Numbered from the stretch's first letter, positions 29,695-39,995 are shown. The stretch: 64,000 nt of DNA from an uncultured Bacteroidota bacterium (GCA_902609095.1 CACLQQ010000003.1:2582-66581), one strand, 5' to 3'. Made by a program: numbers and translations. The notes: generated by a model not told the origin, from the sequence alone.

Positions 29695-31578
29695 TTAACG
29701 AGCAATTATAAATGACTCTGTATCTAATAAATCATTAGCTCTGATACCTACATGATATACCCCAGCAGACAAGTTGCCGAGGTCTACATCGACAACTCCA
29801 GATCCAGAGCCATTGGATGGTACAAATCTCCTATAGACAAGTTGGCCTAAGGAATTGTATGCTACCACTTCTATAGCCTTAGCTTCATCTAAATCATAGG
29901 ATAGAGTGATTTGACCTGATGAAGTTGGATTAGGAGTAATACGCGACACACCAAACTCGCTAAACGAGCATGGTTCTATAGATGCTAATAGGTTGAGTGT
30001 TGTATCAACGGCGCAATTATTATCACGTTCTGCACTGACTGTTAGATTATAATTTCCTGAAGAAATAAATGAGAACATACCGTCTGTCGTGATATTGTCA
30101 AACTCATTAGAGCTTAATTGAAAATTAGCTGTTCCTCTCAAATCTGTAGTGTCTATGGAGATATTTACTTCAGTATCTGAGGAGTTGGTACATGTTTCTT
30201 CAGTTATATTGATTGAGCTTATTGCTATGTTACAGCAATCTCCTAAGCCTCTTTCAGATCTAATTTGATCTATTGCCAATTTGCCGTCGATTCTTCCTCC
30301 AGTAGTCGTACGCCCTTGCAATGTTTGAGTAATTACCACACTGCTTAATAGAATGTTGCGTATGGATCTATTGACTTCTTCAGGATTGGTCAAGGATAAC
30401 TCATATGATTCTTCACAGATCACCGAATATAATAACGAAGCAATACCTGCTACAAAAGGTGCTGATGCGGAAGCCCCAGTAAAACTGGGATCCAATTCTC
30501 CGTTGATCCCTGTCGTAGCGATTCCGTCTCCGGGAGCAGCAAGATCTATGCTTTGTGCCCCATAACCAGCAAAATCTACTTTGTTATCTTGACGATCTGA
30601 GTTGGTCACTAAAATGAGATAGTCTGAAGTGCAAAGTGCAGGCATATCACCTACTACCTCTACATCTACGTCGGAGTTAGGTGCTGAAGTGAAGTTTAAT
30701 ACACCTACCAATCCTAATAACTCATATATGTCACACCAAGAAGGAAAGTCCTCAGGGAAAAGATTTGGCGCTCCGCCAGAGTAATTACTCACTACCACAT
30801 AGGCACCTCTTGAACCATTACTTTCATTGTAGATTTTTCTTTGTTCGTAGATATATTCGTAGGCCTTGACTATATCAGCTAAGCTAAAATTGTCATTTCT
30901 ACCACCACTTGTGAGCATTAATTTTACATTCCAGTTGACTCCAGCGACAAGTGTATTGTTGTCACCTATAGCACCAATTATACCCGCTACAGCGGTTCCA
31001 TGGCTGCGTAGTCTATGCTCATCGTTATCTGTTGTAGCATTCCATCCGAGATAGTCGTCGATATAACCGTTGCCATCATCATCGATACCGTTATCTGGAA
31101 TCTCGGACTCATTTACCCAAATATTATCTACATAATCACGGTGAGTTACATCATAACCATCATCAAATATAGCTACAACGATATCATCCCCATTAGGAGC
31201 TTGCCCTCCAGTAGTGATATCCCATACTTCTGGCATGTTAATTTGTCCGAGTCCCCACTGTGCTGGATAATCGGGATCATTGGGTATGGCACGTAATTCA
31301 ATTTCTATATCTGGATAGACTTCTATTGTCTCATCTGACTTAAAAATTTGTTTTATAATCTGAGTTTTATAGAGCTTTTGATTTATTTCTAAAAGATATA
31401 GGTTAAGGTCTTTGAACAGGACCTTAGTTCTTAAGCCTAATGCTCTCTTCTGTTGAGGATTTATTTTAGAGAGGGTATGCTGATCACCCTTAATCACCCA
31501 TCTGTTATGTTGGGAATGAATTAATGTAGGTAAACTACTTATGAAAATAACCGTAACAATTAAAGCTCTTAATAACAT
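29695..31578 (-). CDS. S8 (subtilisin-like) serine peptidase with T9SS type-A C-terminal sorting domain
   Basis: Signal peptide; VAIFDDG (Asp), SHGTAVAG (His), TGASASAP (Ser); DDDGNGYIDD calcium loop; C-terminal ITPNP...YNSLGQLV...LSAGVYHV. Confidence 0.9.
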   Translation of the reverse strand: MLLRALIVTVIFISSLPTLIHSQHNRWVIKGDQHTLSKINPQQKRALGLRTKVLFKDLNLYLLEINQKLYKTQIIKQIFKSDETIEVYPDIEIELRAIPNDPDYPAQWGLGQINMPEVWDITTGGQAPNGDDIVVAIFDDGYDVTHRDYVDNIWVNESEIPDNGIDDDGNGYIDDYLGWNATTDNDEHRLRSHGTAVAGIIGAIGDNNTLVAGVNWNVKLMLTSGGRNDNFSLADIVKAYEYIYEQRKIYNESNGSRGAYVVVSNYSGGAPNLFPEDFPSWCDIYELLGLVGVLNFTSAPNSDVDVEVVGDMPALCTSDYLILVTNSDRQDNKVDFAGYGAQSIDLAAPGDGIATTGINGELDPSFTGASASAPFVAGIASLLYSVICEESYELSLTNPEEVNRSIRNILLSSVVITQTLQGRTTTGGRIDGKLAIDQIRSERGLGDCCNIAISSINITEETCTNSSDTEVNISIDTTDLRGTANFQLSSNEFDNITTDGMFSFISSGNYNLTVSAERDNNCAVDTTLNLLASIEPCSFSEFGVSRITPNPTSSGQITLSYDLDEAKAIEVVAYNSLGQLVYRRFVPSNGSGSGVVDVDLGNLSAGVYHVGIRANDLLDTESFIIAR

Positions 31579-31673
31579 GACTTCACTTATTCTGTATGAA
31601 GTAATTTGTAGAATGTTGTGCTTAGTTCTTCACTTTAATAGTATGATAACGACAATGTCAAAAGATTAGCGTG

Positions 31674-32552
31674 TTATTGTCGAGATACCAACACCACTTT
31701 ATTGTCTTTCGCCGCGATACGTGTTATATCTGATATACCTGCAGAGGATAAATCAGCAATTTCTTTCCAGCCATTTTTGAGCGTCATGTCAAACACAAAG
31801 AGTTTTGATCCTTTTCCAGCAAGAAGATTACCATTTGAAAGGATTTCAAAATCTTCACTATCATCTAATGTTGGCGTTATGGTTTGTGTGATACCTTCAT
31901 TGATAACTCGCCTCTTAATCATCCAATTACTGCCTAATTTTTGCACATATAATAAGCCTCCTTGATCATCATATCTTAAGCACCTTCCGATGTTGTAACT
32001 AATGAATTTCTCTTCTTTCGTGATACTATTCATTTGTATTAGGCTATTTCTTTCACCTACGATGAATAACGCCACCTCACTATTAGGTAACCAGCAGTAA
32101 TATCCTATATCGCTTCTTACGGAAAGAACATTTTTACCGAACGAGCTAAGATCAGCTGGATATTTCCACAGAGTTTGTAGGACAGGTTGACTGTCATATA
32201 ACTCTTGTCTGATTACAGATATAGTTTCGTCAACATTTAACTGTGGAGAGTACTCACTTTCCTCAGTTTGGGTGATTCGAGTCAATACTTCATTATTGAG
32301 ATCCATCCTATATACATCGGTTAGTCCATAGGCTTCATGACTGGAGGTGAAATAAACTTCGCTTTCAGTACTGAAATAAGGCTGATTATTATAACCCAAG
32401 GAGTTGAAGCTTGTTAGATATCGAATCTCAGTAATTTCAGAAGTCTTAGAGCCAAAGTCATACTCTATGAGATACAACTGAGTATTGGGCAATTGGTTAA
32501 ATAGACCCGTAGATATCAATGTGCATATAGATATGGCAATTGATAGTATCAT
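31674..32552 (-). CDS. Exported TolB-like beta-propeller protein
   Basis: GYNNQPYF, TRITQTEESEYSP, IGYYCW. Its ATG overlaps the lepB stop (ATGA). Confidence 0.65.
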   Translation of the reverse strand: MILSIAISICTLISTGLFNQLPNTQLYLIEYDFGSKTSEITEIRYLTSFNSLGYNNQPYFSTESEVYFTSSHEAYGLTDVYRMDLNNEVLTRITQTEESEYSPQLNVDETISVIRQELYDSQPVLQTLWKYPADLSSFGKNVLSVRSDIGYYCWLPNSEVALFIVGERNSLIQMNSITKEEKFISYNIGRCLRYDDQGGLLYVQKLGSNWMIKRRVINEGITQTITPTLDDSEDFEILSNGNLLAGKGSKLFVFDMTLKNGWKEIADLSSAGISDITRIAAKDNKVVLVSRQ

Positions 32553-34153
32553 GACTTGCTGGCAGATTTCATAATTCGATTCCAACGGATTCCATTGAAT
32601 AAACTGCCATCTTTAGTAGAAAACCATATAATAAGAGGTTTCCCTACGATGTGATCATGAGGAACGAATCCCCACATCCTGCTATCCTCAGAATTATGTC
32701 GGTTGTCGCCCATTGCCCAATAATAATCTTGCTTAAAGGTGTATGAATTTGAAGGCTCGCCGTTAATAAGTATATCATTGCCATTCATGCTTAATTCATT
32801 TCCTTCATATACGCTTATTATTCTTCGATAGAGCGGCATATTTTCAGGAGTTATATCTATGGTAACTCCAGCTTTCGGCACCCATACTGGACCATAATTG
32901 TCTACTGACCAACCGGCAGTAATCTTAGGGTCATGTGGAAATAGTTCTCCTGATCTGGATGGGAATTGATATGGCGCAAAGGCTATTTTAGAATCCAGCG
33001 CCGTCAACTTTTCTTTCTCCTCCTCAGACAGCACCAGGAATGCTCTGCCGTTACCATCAATGGTATAATCGCTTGGAGATAAGCCTATTTTACCTAAGTC
33101 CCTCTTGTTGACGGTTGTACCATTTAGATTGGTGACGTAATAGTATTGGACATATTCAGGGGTTACACCAGGTTCTCCATTTATGAAAACTTGGCGATCT
33201 ATGATTTGCAAACTGTCTCCAGGGGAGCCAATACACCTTTTGATATAGTGATCTTTTTTATCATTAGGTCTTACCACATAGTCCTCGTCTCTAACTTTAC
33301 TTCTTAGCTCTGGGTCGCTCGCCAAGTATTGTTCTTGTTGTCGTTGAACCTGTCCTACTGTATAGGACCTTTTAGAGGTAATATATACACTATCTCCTAC
33401 TGGCCAGTTGAACACAATAGGGTCATTTCTTTTGATATCCCTTAGAGCAGGTAGTCTAAAATAAGGTAACGAAGGTTTCTTCAAATAAGACTCAGTACTG
33501 AGTACTGGCACTCTATTATGGAGTAATGGAACCATAGCTACAGTCTGTGGAGTACGGATGCCATAACTCGATTTACTGACGAATAAGAAATCACCGACAA
33601 GCAAGGAGCCTTCCATAGATGGAGTTGGAATCACATAAGCCTCAACAAAGAACATTCTAATAAATGCCGCAGCTAATACTGCAAATACTATAGACTCCAC
33701 CCATTCTCTTCCAACAGATTTGGCATATGGATTCTTTTGGACTAACCTCTGGTATTTCTTTTTGTGACCACTCTTTTTGGCGTCCAATATTTGTTGTTGA
33801 TATTCTTTTTCTTCTTTGATTATAGGCCCTTGATAAGTAGCACTATCATCTTTGGCGAGTTTAAAAAATGCGATTGGACTATATATGACACCCAAAGCCG
33901 CGTCAACAAATCTATCTCTTCCAAAGCTTCTGAGGGTTGCTACTGTTAATCCCGCTACTATAAAAAAGGCCACGATCGGCACTAAAAATAATAGACCGTA
34001 CCATCTTGATCGACCCACTTTCTCCGAAAGCTCCATGAAATTCAAAACTGGAACTAATCCCTTCCAAGCCTCAATTTCCATTTTAGGAAATAGCATGTAA
34101 AGACTTACAGATAGCAATATGTAGAATACGATGAAATATATAAGTACGATCAC
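32549..34153 (-). CDS. lepB: Signal peptidase I with N-terminal DUF5684-type membrane domain
   Basis: IPTPSMEGSLLVGDFLFVSK (Ser), YIKRCIG (Lys), MGDNRHNSEDSRMWGFVP. Confidence 0.95.
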   Translation of the reverse strand: MIVLIYFIVFYILLSVSLYMLFPKMEIEAWKGLVPVLNFMELSEKVGRSRWYGLLFLVPIVAFFIVAGLTVATLRSFGRDRFVDAALGVIYSPIAFFKLAKDDSATYQGPIIKEEKEYQQQILDAKKSGHKKKYQRLVQKNPYAKSVGREWVESIVFAVLAAAFIRMFFVEAYVIPTPSMEGSLLVGDFLFVSKSSYGIRTPQTVAMVPLLHNRVPVLSTESYLKKPSLPYFRLPALRDIKRNDPIVFNWPVGDSVYITSKRSYTVGQVQRQQEQYLASDPELRSKVRDEDYVVRPNDKKDHYIKRCIGSPGDSLQIIDRQVFINGEPGVTPEYVQYYYVTNLNGTTVNKRDLGKIGLSPSDYTIDGNGRAFLVLSEEEKEKLTALDSKIAFAPYQFPSRSGELFPHDPKITAGWSVDNYGPVWVPKAGVTIDITPENMPLYRRIISVYEGNELSMNGNDILINGEPSNSYTFKQDYYWAMGDNRHNSEDSRMWGFVPHDHIVGKPLIIWFSTKDGSLFNGIRWNRIMKSASKS

Positions 34154-34461
34154 GTTAATATCATTTTATGATGCCACAAATATAAGAAAGGACTATTGTT
34201 AAGATCTCCTAAAATCTCAAGCTAATGCGTGTCTATATACTAATGAGTGCTTATGGTGTACTTATTGCCGACAATTCTCCACCAGAATGGACCATTTATA
34301 TATTAATGTTTCTCCAATCTTAATCCTACTTGTTTTTTATTTTATGCTTTTTTAATTACTGTACTTGATAATTTATCGATGTATTCATAGAATTAGTCGA
34401 TATTTCAACTACTTGTTGAATTGTTACGTAAATCTTAAGGTTGTATACAAAAATTCAAATC

Positions 34462-35032
34462 ATGTCACTACTATCAATACAAACTTGGTGGCAAGCCTTA
34501 TCTGGTCCTGAGCAGATTTATTGGGGCATTGCTATTATAGCTTCCTTGCTATTCTTTGTACAGATGATATTTTCGTTTGTTGGCATAGATTCTGAGTTAG
34601 ATATTGACTTAGATGATGCAGATGCAGGAATAGGGATATTCAGCGTTAAGGGGATTATTTCTTTTTTCATGTTTTTCGGCTGGGGGGGGGATAGTTTCCT
34701 TAGGAGCTGGTTTTCGAGCTCCTAAGGTCTTAATGATTGCCTTTTTAATTGGATTCTTGGCAATGGTAGCTGTGGCATATGTATTCTCTAAGTTGTTAAG
34801 ATTGCAAGAAACAGGCACTGTCAATGTAGATTCCGCCTTAGGGCAGACTGGAGAAGTATATTTAACCATTCCAGGGGCTAAACAAGGCTTGGGCAAAATA
34901 CATTTAAAATTGGCTGGCAAACTCATGGAGTTTGACGCTGTGACCACTGGTCATACTTTGACTAATGGTACTATGGTCACGGTGAAGCGTATTGGAGCTG
35001 ACAATGTTATGTTAGTTGAGGCTGGCTCCTAA
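34462..35032 (+). pseudogene. NfeD-like membrane protein (flotillin partner), frameshifted at a G9 run (34682-34690); may be recoded, phase-variable or a sequencing artefact
   Basis: ORFs 34441-34725 and 34733-35032 join into one 189-aa protein (…FFMFFGWGG|IVSLGAGFRAPKVLMIAF…GQTGEVYLTIPG…GKIH…EFDAVT) if one G is removed. It lies directly upstream of flotillin. Confidence 0.8.
34698..34727 (+). repeat. Perfect 11-bp stem-loop 7 nt downstream of the G9 run
   Basis: CCTTAGGAGCT-GGTTTTCG-AGCTCCTAAGG. Confidence 0.8.
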
Positions 35033-35077
35033 TTTTGAAAGAATCAATTACTGTTTAACCTATTAAAACATAGAGCT

Positions 35078-36490
35078 ATGGAGTTTACACTTCTTTTTAT
35101 TGGACTCGGTTTATTCATTTTGCTCGTTGCAGCGATGCTAATAGTTACTCGCTATAAGAGATGTCCATCAGACAAAATATTAGTCATTTATGGTAAAACT
35201 GGGCAGGGTTCAGCACGATGTGTAGCTGGTGGTGCTGCCTTCGTTTGGCCCGTAATTCAATCTTATGAGTATTTGGATTTATCGCCGATATCAATTGATG
35301 TTGATCTTAAGGGAGCATTGAGTAAACAAAATATTAGAGTTAGTGTACCGTCTCGATTTACTGTTGCAGTGTCTAATCAGCCAGGCGTTATGATTAATGC
35401 AGCTGAGCGTTTATTAGGTAAGCCAATAGGTGAAATTAGAGAGATCGCTAAGGATATCATTTTTGGTCAATTGAGACTCGTAGTTGCTACTATGGATATC
35501 GAGGAGATTAATGCTGATAGGGATAAGTTTTTATCTAATGTTTCTCAGAATGTAGGATCTGAATTAAGAAAAATCGGTTTGTCACTGATCAACGTTAATG
35601 TTACAGACATTCAAGATGAGTCAGGATACATCGAAGCTTTAGGTAAGGAGGCAGCAGCTAAAGCAATAAATGATGCGAAAAAAAGTGTAGCTGAAAAAGA
35701 TAGAGATGGTGCAATCGGTCAGGCTGAAGCACTTCAGGATCAGAGAGTGCGTGTCTCGGAAGCTGATGCTCAAGCTAAAATTGGGGAAGCTGCAGCTCAG
35801 GCAAATGCCATAGATGGAGAGAATGAGGCCGCAGTAAAGATCGCCAAGTCAAATGCTTTGAGACGTCAGAGAGAGGCAGAGGCAGAAAAGGATGCTTTCG
35901 CTTCGGAAAAAATACAAAAGGCGAATGCCCTCGAAGAGGCCTTCAAAGCAGAAACGGATGCTGAACTTGCAAGAGCAGCTAAAGAAAAGGCATCTCGAGA
36001 AGCAGATATTATAGTTCAAACTGAGATAGAAAAGCGCAAGATTGAGTTAGAAGCTGAAGCTGAGGCTGAAAGGATAAAGAGAATAGCTAAGGGTGAAGCT
36101 GAAGCTCTTTTCTTGAAAAGGAAAGCTGAAGCAGACGGTATGTTTGAAATCTTAAAGAAGCAAGCTGACGGTTTTAATCAAATAGTTGAGGCCACCAATG
36201 GAAATCCAAGAGAGGCTGTATTAATGCTGATTGCAGATAAGCTACCTGAATTAGTCGAAACTCAGGTTGAGGCCATTAAGAATATTAAAATTGATAAAGT
36301 CACCGTTTGGGAGAATGGATCTGAATCTGCTGACGGAGGCAATTCAACTTCAAAATTCATTTCTGGACTATATAAATCAGTTCCTCCATTGAGTGATTTA
36401 TTCAATATGGCTGGTATGGAGCTCCCTGGATATTTGGGAACAGAAACGAATAAGGAATCTGTTGATGAAACTCCATCTGAACAAGAATAA
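35078..36490 (+). CDS. Flotillin family (SPFH/band 7) protein
   Basis: N-terminal TM helix, RYKRCPSDKILVIYG, SPFH domain, AEA-rich coiled coil, IDKVTVW. Confidence 0.93.
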   Translation: MEFTLLFIGLGLFILLVAAMLIVTRYKRCPSDKILVIYGKTGQGSARCVAGGAAFVWPVIQSYEYLDLSPISIDVDLKGALSKQNIRVSVPSRFTVAVSNQPGVMINAAERLLGKPIGEIREIAKDIIFGQLRLVVATMDIEEINADRDKFLSNVSQNVGSELRKIGLSLINVNVTDIQDESGYIEALGKEAAAKAINDAKKSVAEKDRDGAIGQAEALQDQRVRVSEADAQAKIGEAAAQANAIDGENEAAVKIAKSNALRRQREAEAEKDAFASEKIQKANALEEAFKAETDAELARAAKEKASREADIIVQTEIEKRKIELEAEAEAERIKRIAKGEAEALFLKRKAEADGMFEILKKQADGFNQIVEATNGNPREAVLMLIADKLPELVETQVEAIKNIKIDKVTVWENGSESADGGNSTSKFISGLYKSVPPLSDLFNMAGMELPGYLGTETNKESVDETPSEQE

Positions 36491-36516
36491 ACCAATTTTA
36501 ATTTCTAATATTTATG

Positions 36517-36546
36517 AGGGTCGTCTTAAAAAGGCGATCCTTTTTT
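36517..36546 (+). terminator. Intrinsic terminator after flotillin
   Basis: AGGGTCGTCTT-AAA-AAGGCGATCCT followed by TTTTT. Confidence 0.75.
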
Positions 36547-36583
36547 ATAAATATTTAGGATGCTGAATGTAATGACAAGACAG

Positions 36584-37216
36584 TTAGAATTCCCCTCTTT
36601 TTTTTATGTAAGTTTTCAATAGTCTAATTAATTCTTTGAATTTGGGATGCTCTTCATAATTACAATCATTGATTAGAGTCAGGTCTGATAATTTTTCGAA
36701 TGAAGTAATATAATCGATGAAGGCTGGCTCAGCATGTTGGTTAAATCGATGACTAACTTCCACTTCACCATAATTGCGCTCTTTCGTATCCCGGAGCATT
36801 CTGCGATTAAAACATTCTTCTTTAGCCAGTTTAACGAAAATGTGATAGTTGATTAGATGGTGTATTTCTGAGAAATAATTAATAAATAGTCCCTCAACAA
36901 TGATTATAGGAGCTGAGGAGATCACCTTGATGTTTGGTTCTTTTTGTTCATTATAGCTATACTGCTGAATTCGTATATCATGACCCTTGATCAATTCTAA
37001 TAAGTTTAAGTGATATCCATTGCGATCAAAAGAAGTTGGAAGATCAAAATTATAGTACCCGTCTGAATCTTCAACCTGGGAGGAGCGATCTAAGTAATAG
37101 TCATCTAATGAATGTACAGAAAGATCATTGTTGTCCAGATACTCTTGTAATTTTTGAACAAGAGTTGTTTTACCTGATCCACTTCTACCAGTAATCCCTA
37201 TTATTGCAGGTCGCAT
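36584..37216 (-). CDS. udk: Uridine kinase
   Basis: IGITGRSGSGKTT, LDDYY, NFDLP, IIVEGLF, RRMLRDTKER; divergent from a nucleoside transporter. Confidence 0.88.
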   Translation of the reverse strand: MRPAIIGITGRSGSGKTTLVQKLQEYLDNNDLSVHSLDDYYLDRSSQVEDSDGYYNFDLPTSFDRNGYHLNLLELIKGHDIRIQQYSYNEQKEPNIKVISSAPIIIVEGLFINYFSEIHHLINYHIFVKLAKEECFNRRMLRDTKERNYGEVEVSHRFNQHAEPAFIDYITSFEKLSDLTLINDCNYEEHPKFKELIRLLKTYIKKRGEF

Positions 37217-37220
37217 GACT

Positions 37221-37228
37221 CAAAGATA
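37221..37228 (-). promoter_or_regulatory. -7 box (TATCTTTG) 4 nt upstream of the udk ATG
   Basis: The minus strand reads TATCTTTG-AGTC-ATG. Confidence 0.6.
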
Positions 37229-37305
37229 GATTAGCTTAGGCATATTGAGCACTTTAATCTGTGACTCTTGGGCTATTATTCAATTAAAAATCAATACATT
37301 TCGAT

Positions 37306-38589
37306 ATGCTTATTCACGTTGTTCGAGCCATATTCGGTGTGTGTATAATTTTAGGAATTTGCTATTTACTTAGCTCTAATAAAAAAGCCATTAAGTGGCG
37401 TATAATTATTAGTGGACTTCTACTACAAGTAGTATTGGCTTTTGCTGCAATTAAGGTTCCTTTTGTAACTAGATTTTTTAAATCAATTGTTGATATATTT
37501 TTGATAGTTATATCAGCGTCTGAGCAATCAGCGGCCTTTTTGTTTGGAGATTTAGCAAAGACTGGTCCGTTTGGATTTGCATTTTCAGCATTACCAGTGA
37601 TTATTTTATTCTCGGCTCTGACCTCAATAGCATATTACTATGGCCAATTACAGAAGGTAGTTTATTGGTTTGCATGGCTGATGAATAAAACAATGAAATT
37701 AAGCGGTACAGAAAGTTTAGCGGCTGCGGCAAATGTGTTTATTGGACAAACAGAGGCTCCCTTAGTTGTGAAACCCTACTTAGAACGGATGACTCGATCG
37801 GAGATCATGACGATTATGACTGGTGGTATGGCGACTATAGCTGGTAGTGTTTTTGGGGTGTATGTGTCCATCTTAGGAGATGGTGATATGGCCGCAAAGC
37901 AAGAATTTGGAATACACTTATTAATTGCTTCTTTGATTTCAGCACCTGCAGCGCTTCTAATTGCTAAAATGCTGGTACCTGAAAAAGAAGATCATAAAAT
38001 AAATCAGAGTTTAGACGTGCCCAAGTCAGAAGTCGGTAGTAATGCTTTGGATGCTCTAACAAGAGGTACCTCAGAAGGAGTCAAACTCGCTGTTAATGTG
38101 GGTGCTATGTTATTTTCTTTCATGGCTATCATATACCTAAGTAATAGCTTACTCGAAATGTTAGGAAATCAGCTTTCTATAAATGACAATATACAGGGTC
38201 TTACAGGAGGGAAGTATGACCAGCTAAGCTTGCAATTATTCTTAGGTTATCTATTTGCACCATTGGCGTGGGTAATAGGAATAGCTAGTGATGAGATACT
38301 CTACATAGGACAGTTGTTAGGAGAGAAAATCATACTTAATGAGTTTGTGGCATACTCTTCTCTCGGAGATATGAAAAGATCTGGGATCGTCTCAGAGCGA
38401 TCAATTATTATCGCGGCATATGCACTATGTGGATTTGCCAACTTTGCTTCAGTAGGGATTCAGATTGGAGGAATTAGTTCTATTGCTCCTAAGACAAGAA
38501 AGAATTTAACTGAACTTGGATTTAAGGCATTAGTCGGTGGTACATTAGCAACTATGCTCACCGGCTGTATTGCTGGAGCATTGATTTAG
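37306..38589 (+). CDS. nupC: Concentrative nucleoside transporter (NupC/CNT family)
   Basis: ESLAAAANVFIGQTEAPL, GGMATIAGSV, NEFVAY, CGFANFASVGIQIGG. Confidence 0.92.
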   Translation: MLIHVVRAIFGVCIILGICYLLSSNKKAIKWRIIISGLLLQVVLAFAAIKVPFVTRFFKSIVDIFLIVISASEQSAAFLFGDLAKTGPFGFAFSALPVIILFSALTSIAYYYGQLQKVVYWFAWLMNKTMKLSGTESLAAAANVFIGQTEAPLVVKPYLERMTRSEIMTIMTGGMATIAGSVFGVYVSILGDGDMAAKQEFGIHLLIASLISAPAALLIAKMLVPEKEDHKINQSLDVPKSEVGSNALDALTRGTSEGVKLAVNVGAMLFSFMAIIYLSNSLLEMLGNQLSINDNIQGLTGGKYDQLSLQLFLGYLFAPLAWVIGIASDEILYIGQLLGEKIILNEFVAYSSLGDMKRSGIVSERSIIIAAYALCGFANFASVGIQIGGISSIAPKTRKNLTELGFKALVGGTLATMLTGCIAGALI

Positions 38590-39113
38590 AACAAACCTTC
38601 TGGGAGATCCATCTTGATGATTTGTTCATCATGTGAAATCTCTTTGATAAGAGTTTTGTGCAGTGGGATCATTACTTCTTTTTGATCAATCAAGAGTATT
38701 GCCATTAATTGTTTTGGATATTCATCAACTCTAATGATTTGTCCTATATCTCCCTCATTGATGTCATGGATATGCATATCGATCAGTGCATGTGGTTTAG
38801 TTAATGGGCGCTCTTCTACTAAACTTATATTACTGGTTAATAGATGTAGAGTTAGCAATTGATATTTACTTATTGCTTCAGAACTTTCACATCCCTTAAG
38901 TTTAATAATAAGGTCTTTTTCATCATTCAATTCTTCTATTCTGAATGGGACCTTATATCCATCAATCTCAATAAAGATGAATTCCTGTTTTTTCAGATCT
39001 TCTATGTAAGAGTCTACTATAGACAATTTGGCGTGACCTTTATATCCATGAGATCTACGGATTAAACCTATTTCTGTAAACTTCTCCTGATATAGTCTCT
39101 TAAATTCACCCAT
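38586..39113 (-). CDS. rimM: Ribosome maturation factor RimM
   Basis: IGLIRRSHGYKG, KVPFRIE, EVMIPL, C-terminal MDLPEGL. Confidence 0.88.
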   Translation of the reverse strand: MGEFKRLYQEKFTEIGLIRRSHGYKGHAKLSIVDSYIEDLKKQEFIFIEIDGYKVPFRIEELNDEKDLIIKLKGCESSEAISKYQLLTLHLLTSNISLVEERPLTKPHALIDMHIHDINEGDIGQIIRVDEYPKQLMAILLIDQKEVMIPLHKTLIKEISHDEQIIKMDLPEGLF

Positions 39114-39847
39114 TCAAGTGACTTACTATTGATTGGATAATAATTTGACCAGTCTCTGCTTTCAATTCCCATTCCTGAGTTTCACAATCAACAAAGCATT
39201 GAGTAGCAAAAACCCGAGTTTCACGATAGATTAGTCCTATACCGAGTGCATAATGCTCTATGTTATATCTATATTCTAATTTATTCTCAAAATGTGCGTG
39301 TTGCACAGTTAGAACATCACTGTAAGATCCGCTTTCGATAGTTATTTCTTCGTCAATACTGAGATATGTGGATTCCAAGTCTTTGTAATAAGCAATCTCA
39401 TCAGTTCCAATTGTAACTAAGATATTCTGATCAAATCGCTCATTACCAATCCAAGAAATATCATTTTCCGGAGGAAGATATAGTTTTATTTGACTGGTAT
39501 TTCCTTCTGTGCGTATGGCTTGTCCACCGATGACTTGATCAGTTACTTGTTGCGATATTTCGTATGGCGCCATTGTTGAGACCTTAGTTGATTGCTCTAT
39601 TATGGTGATGTCTTGTCCAGCACTGTTTTGATCGACCCCTACTGGGGTTTCTCTCAAAAAAATAGGTAGAGGTGTTTCTATTTTGTCCTGAATTGTAAAT
39701 GTCAACTTGGAACACTCGATACTCCCTGACTATGTTATCAGTGGGGTAATAAGATAAGGGGTCAATATTATTAAGAAATGAATCTGATTTAACATCCCCA
39801 CAGGCGAGAATCAATAATGAAAGAGCCAAGAGTATATTCCTCGACAT
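39106..39847 (-). pseudogene. Hypothetical lipoprotein frameshifted at a T7 run (plus-strand A7, 39656-39662)
   Basis: Lipobox LILAC. ORFs 39584-39847 and 39106-39705 join (…NTSTYF|LRETPVG…) into 246 aa if one T is removed; C-terminus has YALGIGLIYRE. Confidence 0.72.
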
Positions 39848-39995
39848 AATGATGTACTAAACAATCAAAGATACAGATAATATATATTCATATTAAAGAA
39901 GGACATTCTAACTGTCTCTAATGTAGGAGTCAAGCGCTTAATAGAATTCAATAAATATATGGGGCGGAGTAATACTAATTGGTCTTAATAGTAGA

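Noticed and set aside
29440-29700. tRNA-Arg as an integration site for an island or prophage
   Set aside because: No integrase is present, I noticed no duplicate of the tRNA 3' end, and the tRNA is followed by ribosomal protein genes.
34250-34420. Recurrent TACTT(A/G) words between lepB and nfeD as operator repeats
   Set aside because: They are short, irregularly spaced and expected by chance in AT-rich DNA.
35640-36140. GCTGAAGC-type repeats in flotillin as a CRISPR array or DNA repeat
   Set aside because: They are explained by the Ala/Glu-rich coiled-coil codons and have no fixed repeat-spacer period.
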